DNA from: an uncultured virus (IMG/VR IMGVR_UViG_3300050334_000070)
Lineage: Duplodnaviria > Heunggongvirae > Uroviricota > Caudoviricetes
Length of the DNA: 20,000 nt
Reading direction: 5' to 3' (one strand)
IMG/VR virus record: IMGVR_UViG_3300050334_000070
Part shown: positions 15,225 through 20,000 of the stretch, piece by piece
Layout: each line of letters opens with the position of its first letter
Position numbering within the stretch: the stretch's first letter is position 1
Made by a program: the position numbers and the translations under genes
Notes under the pieces: generated by a model
Told to the model about the DNA's origin: nothing
The model's database searches: none
What the model saw: the letters and a program-made list of their open reading frames with translations, nothing else

Positions 15225-15890
15225 TTATTGACTATTTAAAAGACGGTAGTCTACCTCTTTAGTAGCGCCGACATCTTTATAAACATTCACAAGTTTATTG
15301 TCGGCATTGTACAGTTTCATGTCTTTAACATTCACAACACCATTATAAATTAATATATACCCCCTATCGTTTTCTACCTTTTCTTCTATTGTATTGCCAT
15401 CATCAAAATCAAAAACTATCCTGGCATAATTCGTTTCTTTCCTTGTATCGTTTTCAGGTATCCATGTTGAGTCGTTAAGATTACAAAAGAAAATTGTGTC
15501 ATTTCCAAGAACAAGCCTGTTTACTCCAAATCCCATGCTCATTGCTGCATCGTCTCCTGCTACGCCGTTTGCAATGAAATTTCTGCCTTCCTTTTCTTCA
15601 ACGTAATAAATCGCAATACCCCCACTTTCACCTTGACGTAGCACTAAAACCAGGTAACCTTGCGCATATTTTTTTATTTTTAAAATCTCAGTATTTCCCT
15701 TAATTATGCTGTATGTATCAATTATTGCTTTTTTTAAGGCATCTTCAATTGTTTCATTTTCACTATCATTCACCTGTATAGGTTTGCTATTTAGTGATGA
15801 ATGTTTTTTAGAATCATTTTCACTTATAGTGCTACAAGCTGAAGTACTTAAAAATACTATTATTAACAGAAAAAAAAGATATTTTTTCAT
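15225..15890 (-). CDS. Lipoprotein, unknown function
   Basis: MKKYLFFLLIIVFLSTSA-C19 lipobox. Confidence 0.8.
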   Translation of the reverse strand: MKKYLFFLLIIVFLSTSACSTISENDSKKHSSLNSKPIQVNDSENETIEDALKKAIIDTYSIIKGNTEILKIKKYAQGYLVLVLRQGESGGIAIYYVEEKEGRNFIANGVAGDDAAMSMGFGVNRLVLGNDTIFFCNLNDSTWIPENDTRKETNYARIVFDFDDGNTIEEKVENDRGYILIYNGVVNVKDMKLYNADNKLVNVYKDVGATKEVDYRLLNSQ

Positions 15891-15981
15891 TTGGGTTCTC
15901 CAATCAAAACAATTTTAATTATATAAAATCACATTAATAGTATTATTTAAAATAAAGGGGGTTGGAAATAGAACATGAGTC

Positions 15982-16167
15982 TTATTTCCAATGCCCTACC
16001 TTAAAAACCAACGCCGTGTCCGGAAGCTCAAGGGTCTGGGCCGGATTCGCCATCAGCAATACGGCCCCGACGGCCGCGACAACCACCGCCGCGCATACTA
16101 TCCAAAACGCCGGTTTCTTAAAGCAAAACACATTTTTCACTCTATTTGTCATTTTCGCACATCTCAA
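15982..16167 (-). pseudogene. Remnant of a BlaR1/M56-family membrane metallopeptidase (last TM segment)
   Basis: RVKNVFCFKKPAFWIVCAAVVVAAVGAVLLMANP resembles the R(I/V)KNVLNYKKP.FW-TM-TNP segment of clostridial M56 proteins; no HExxH; stops soon after; locally GC-rich. Confidence 0.65.
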
Positions 16168-16642
16168 ACTTTAACACAGCCAAGCTCGATTCAGGGTCAT
16201 ATATATAAACCACGTTGCTTGAAACGTCAAATGGCTGCATGCCGTCAACAATGTCCGTCCTTTCGCCCGAAGCCGACAGAATGGCCCATTTCGCATGAGT
16301 CTTGCCATCTGCATTTAAACCTGGATCGCTCATATCGGCGTCAAGAATAGTTGCTCTTGCGCCTGGATAGCAAACAAACACCTTATATTCCCAAGACTTG
16401 CCCATGTCATCAGTTTTGCTCTCGGCCTTAATTTCACGTACATTTGTTACTTCGAGCTTGAGTCCGCCGTAACTGAAAGTCTCAGTTTTGCCGCTTTGTG
16501 TCGGAGACGGCGTGGAAAACAAAGCAGTGTTGTCAATCGTAGTTTCTGGGATTTCACTGGTGCTGCAACCGACCATTGGCAGCATTATAAACATTATTAT
16601 GAATATTGTAATAATATGGGACATTTGTTTGATATAGAACAA
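16142..16642 (-). CDS. Lipoprotein, unknown function
   Basis: TTG start after AAGGAG RBS; hydrophobic stretch then MVG-C26; S/T/P-rich linker. Confidence 0.75.
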   Translation of the reverse strand: MFYIKQMSHIITIFIIMFIMLPMVGCSTSEIPETTIDNTALFSTPSPTQSGKTETFSYGGLKLEVTNVREIKAESKTDDMGKSWEYKVFVCYPGARATILDADMSDPGLNADGKTHAKWAILSASGERTDIVDGMQPFDVSSNVVYIYDPESSLAVLKFEMCENDK

Positions 16643-16689
16643 TTTTTATTCTCCTTCCTCATTCGCAAATATGGTTTTAAAGCATGGTT

Positions 16690-17781
16690 TCATCGAACTT
16701 CATCTAATTTTCTCATATAGACCATACATTCAGCCATAGGAATGCTATATACTCCATAAAAGAAAATATTTTCACTGTCCCAATTATAGAAAGTATAAAT
16801 TTCTTCTCTTTCAGTTTCATGGTCAACCACATTATATTCTTTGCGTTTTTCAATATCATACAAAAACAATTCAACTGGTGTTTGCCCCGACTCGTGATAT
16901 AGAAGATACTTCCCATCAGGCGACACAACACAATCTGCAATCCTGTGAGCTATTTTAAAATTCCAATCTAAATCGTATTCTTCAATAACTTTTTTTATAC
17001 TTAAATCATAAATTATTGCCTTGCATTTTGAAACTTTCCGGTCTTTATATGATATGAGAATCTTGTTACTGTCAATTAATATTGCATCTGCACTAGTATC
17101 AGCATTGTTTTTATCGTAAACAATTTTTGAAAGCTTTATAAACTCATATGAATAATCCTGTAAATCAAAAAGCAGATATGTTGGGAAAGCAGTCTCCAAG
17201 TATGTACCCCAGGTTGTCATATCTTTATTTACATTTTTACTGTGGCAAGAAATTAATACTTTATTTTGACAGTAATCAACTTCAAGACCATTAACATGAT
17301 CGGTTTCATAGTCTTTTAAATCAACTATATTTGTTACATTAATTTCTCTGTTTTCAATAGTATCATAAAACAAAAAGCCGTGAATATATGTATATCTTCT
17401 ATCCAAGGCTCTCCCATAGTGATTAACGGTTTCGGCTCGTTTATCGCTTATTGACGCTTTATGATTTCCACTTTTTGTTTTAAGATATATTGTATTGCCT
17501 TTGTCAAAAACGGAAGATATGGATTCTATCTCTTTTTTTCTTTCCTCGATTGGTACATTTAAATAATCTAGTATATCTTTTGTTTTAACACCATTCTTCC
17601 AGTCAAAGTAATTTTCAGATTGCGTTTTTTCATGAAATGCATCCCTTGTTGTTGAAGGCTTGCTCACGACAGTGTCAGGCACTTTGTTATTTGCCTTTTG
17701 ACATGCAGTCATATTAGAAAGAGCAAATACTATAAGTAAAATAAACGTTATATTTCTTATCTTGTTTATCCGGTAATTCAC
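16690..17781 (-). CDS. Lipoprotein with probable beta-propeller (TolB/WD40-like)
   Basis: GTG start after AAAGGAG; MTA-C27 lipobox; VSPDGKYLLY and repeated 'L.YD+.' blade-like motifs. Confidence 0.75.
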   Translation of the reverse strand: MNYRINKIRNITFILLIVFALSNMTACQKANNKVPDTVVSKPSTTRDAFHEKTQSENYFDWKNGVKTKDILDYLNVPIEERKKEIESISSVFDKGNTIYLKTKSGNHKASISDKRAETVNHYGRALDRRYTYIHGFLFYDTIENREINVTNIVDLKDYETDHVNGLEVDYCQNKVLISCHSKNVNKDMTTWGTYLETAFPTYLLFDLQDYSYEFIKLSKIVYDKNNADTSADAILIDSNKILISYKDRKVSKCKAIIYDLSIKKVIEEYDLDWNFKIAHRIADCVVSPDGKYLLYHESGQTPVELFLYDIEKRKEYNVVDHETEREEIYTFYNWDSENIFFYGVYSIPMAECMVYMRKLDEVR

Positions 17782-17805
17782 TTTTTATTTACTCCTTTCT
17801 TTAGC

Positions 17806-17846
17806 AATGCATAAAGGGTTATTTGTTAAATAACCCTTTATGCATT
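17806..17846. other. Perfect 19-bp intergenic inverted repeat (mRNA stem-loop)
   Basis: AATGCATAAAGGGTTATTT-GTT-AAATAACCCTTTATGCATT. Confidence 0.8.
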
Positions 17847-17875
17847 TTTGAATACCTAACCGCCCATAGTTCTTA

Positions 17876-19786
17876 TTACTCTTCAACTATGTCGCCACTA
17901 ATACAATCAACGTGAATTAATTCACCGCTGTCAAGTTCATATTCCCATGCTGGTATATATTTATTTGGATTTTTAGCATTTCTTACATAAACTATCTTTC
18001 CTGAACTTATTTTAATCTGGTTTGCTATTTCCCTATTTTTGGATTTATTAACCAACTCTTTTACTTTTTCTTTTCCTATAAGTACATTTATCACTTTCTT
18101 ATCACCAAGTTGCTTTTTGGACTTTATTGTTTCAATATTTGTCCAACGTTTTTTCACATATTCTATACCCTTTTTGTTAACAAATACTTTTAGATAATCT
18201 CCATTTAAATCTGATGTTATATCAATGCCATCAAGGGAGTGTCCATAATTGAACATGTATCCCAGTACTTCAGCATTTTCACCACTAATGTCTTCACTGA
18301 TAAAAGTTACTATATTTCTCAGCACTGCATCACTCGGTAAAACATTTTTCGACTTAAGTTTCTTTTCTGTTTCGTTTTTGGTTTCATATAAATTATCAAG
18401 CTCAAAATCGACCCTCTCATTTTCAAGTTCAGTGCTTTCATATTGAGGCTCTTCAATTATTATCTCTTCGTATAATTTGTTTGAACATGATTCATAAATA
18501 TTGACCATCGTTAGATTTGCCGCAACTAAGTTATTAATATTTGGAGCAAATTCATATATATTCCTAAAGGTATTTAGGCTGCTAAATGGAGTTATATCTG
18601 TTTCATATGTTGAGGTATTTATCATATACATGTATTTGAAATTATTTCCTGTACTTGAATTGTGTTTTGTTACACTAGTCAATGTGTCACCCTCATTTAT
18701 TGAATGATATAATGCACTAGCAGTATACGAGCTTGATATTCCATTAGCTTGCAGCCAAGCAAATAAAACCCTTTTATATGTAGAATTAAAGCAAAGATCT
18801 ACAAATGAAGATGCAATTGTGTCATCACCACTAACAGGCGCAGTTGAAGAGTACCCCATAATTCCTTTGACTTTTCGCGAACTGCCTTTCATAGTCTCTG
18901 ACCATGCTTGTCTATTTTCAGGGGTTGTTAGCTGATTACATACTGCTAGTACAACCCAATCCAAGCTGCCATTCCAACTTGTTCCAACAAGCCCATGCAT
19001 TGGAGATGCTGAACTATAATCCACATAATAATTATTGCAGTGTATTGTCCATGAATGATTTGGATTTTGCAAAGCAGCTACTCTTTGGGAACCCGTAAGA
19101 ACCGTTCCGCTATACCCAGATGTAAAATAGCTCATTCTTCCACTGGATAGCCCATGACCTGACCAATACATTATATTGGGAGCAGAACTCTTCATATTTG
19201 TAAGCGTTCCAGTATCTGACCACATACTGTTATCAGAAGTAACAGTTGCTGTCCAGCTATTATTTATCATAGCCTGAGCAAATGCTTTTGCATCAAAAGG
19301 ATCGGTATCTTTTGCAGCATGTAGTGCTGAGAATTTTTTTGAAACTGTTTCGGTTGTATACGAAGGTGTGCTATTCTTAGTTAAAGATATTTTATACGAG
19401 CCAGTTTCACTTGATGACCAAAATTTTACCTTAACAAAGTAGTTAATATTTTTTGATAGGTCAATGCTAATTCGCGAATAAGGATTGCTTGGATAACTAA
19501 TATCGTCGTTATACCCTATTTCAGTTGCTTTAGTGTGGTCATATAGGTACATAACGGTGTCTTCAAGAGTACCGCTTTGTGATGTTTCGATTGTATAATT
19601 CCCGGCAGACGTCACATTTATAACATACCAGTTTTCAGTCCCTGCTGTTGAAATCGTCCCAGTAAGGGTTGAGCCGCTTGGAAGAGTTGTTTCTCCCGCA
19701 GCAGATACAATATTAATGTTCATTATATTTATAAGTAAAAAAAAGCTTATTATGATTGCTATTATTGACCTATAGTTTTTTTCCAT
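17876..19786 (-). CDS. Secreted protein: signal peptide, PPC domain, caspase-like (DUF6345-like) His/Cys domain, FTP/PepSY- or YycH/I-like C-terminus
   Basis: Signal peptide ending VSA-A; PPC pattern G.I...G..WY...G.YTIET...DT.MYLYD...NDD...SRI...Y.VKV...G.Y.I; IMYWSGH211G and WVVLAVC283; C-terminal IPAWEY...IHVDCISGDIV. Confidence 0.7.
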   Translation of the reverse strand: MEKNYRSIIAIIISFFLLINIMNINIVSAAGETTLPSGSTLTGTISTAGTENWYVINVTSAGNYTIETSQSGTLEDTVMYLYDHTKATEIGYNDDISYPSNPYSRISIDLSKNINYFVKVKFWSSSETGSYKISLTKNSTPSYTTETVSKKFSALHAAKDTDPFDAKAFAQAMINNSWTATVTSDNSMWSDTGTLTNMKSSAPNIMYWSGHGLSSGRMSYFTSGYSGTVLTGSQRVAALQNPNHSWTIHCNNYYVDYSSASPMHGLVGTSWNGSLDWVVLAVCNQLTTPENRQAWSETMKGSSRKVKGIMGYSSTAPVSGDDTIASSFVDLCFNSTYKRVLFAWLQANGISSSYTASALYHSINEGDTLTSVTKHNSSTGNNFKYMYMINTSTYETDITPFSSLNTFRNIYEFAPNINNLVAANLTMVNIYESCSNKLYEEIIIEEPQYESTELENERVDFELDNLYETKNETEKKLKSKNVLPSDAVLRNIVTFISEDISGENAEVLGYMFNYGHSLDGIDITSDLNGDYLKVFVNKKGIEYVKKRWTNIETIKSKKQLGDKKVINVLIGKEKVKELVNKSKNREIANQIKISSGKIVYVRNAKNPNKYIPAWEYELDSGELIHVDCISGDIVEE

Positions 19787-20000
19787 AAATTATTCATTCC
19801 TTTCGATTATAATAATATTTTAAAGGGATAAGGGATAAATAAATTTAATTGATACCCTGTTTTTTACATATTATAATCAACTTTCGCAGGAAACAACTGA
19901 TAGCTTTGCCTTGATATAATCGGGCAAAGAAGAAACAAAGTAGTCCAGAAACTCGTTGATTGTCTCCTTTGTCAAAAACAGTTTTTCCTGTAAAGCAGTT

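Noticed and set aside
19868..19900. SigmaA promoter for the 636-aa gene (TTGTTT...TATAAT)
   Set aside because: Spacer is only 15 nt and the region is AT-rich; too weak to call
1..20000. CRISPR array, tRNA/rRNA, integrase, transposase, att sites
   Set aside because: No regularly spaced repeats, cloverleafs or recombinase/transposase motifs were seen in the window

Overview
All credible genes lie on the minus strand. Positions 1 to about 14,900 are a moderately GC-rich, Clostridia/Firmicutes-type prophage or phage-like integrative element. In transcription order it carries: a sigma70 region-4 regulator, small ORF, SNF2 helicase, coiled-coil protein, SSB-like protein, family A DNA polymerase, DUF4406-like protein, RepB/AEP primase-D5 helicase, iteron-type origin, VRR-NUC nuclease, RinA/ArpU-like late activator with tandem-repeat promoter, HNH endonuclease, cos-like region, P27-type terminase small subunit, two tandem ParB-fused DNA methyltransferases, three small phage proteins, and the 5' end of an amidoligase gene cut by the window edge. 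Positions about 15,200-20,000 are an AT-rich cargo block. It holds a 636-aa secreted protein (PPC domain, caspase-like His/Cys domain, PepSY-like tail), three unrelated lipoproteins and a BlaR1/M56-like gene remnant. The most interesting unannotated signals are (i) a structured RNA leader with competing stems and a terminator upstream of the sigma-like gene, (ii) the protease plus lipoprotein cassette, and (iii) a repeated CTTGCT-N20-TAATGTAC promoter-like motif. No integrase, CRISPR, rRNA or tRNA is visible. Family assignments come from motif recognition only, not database searches.
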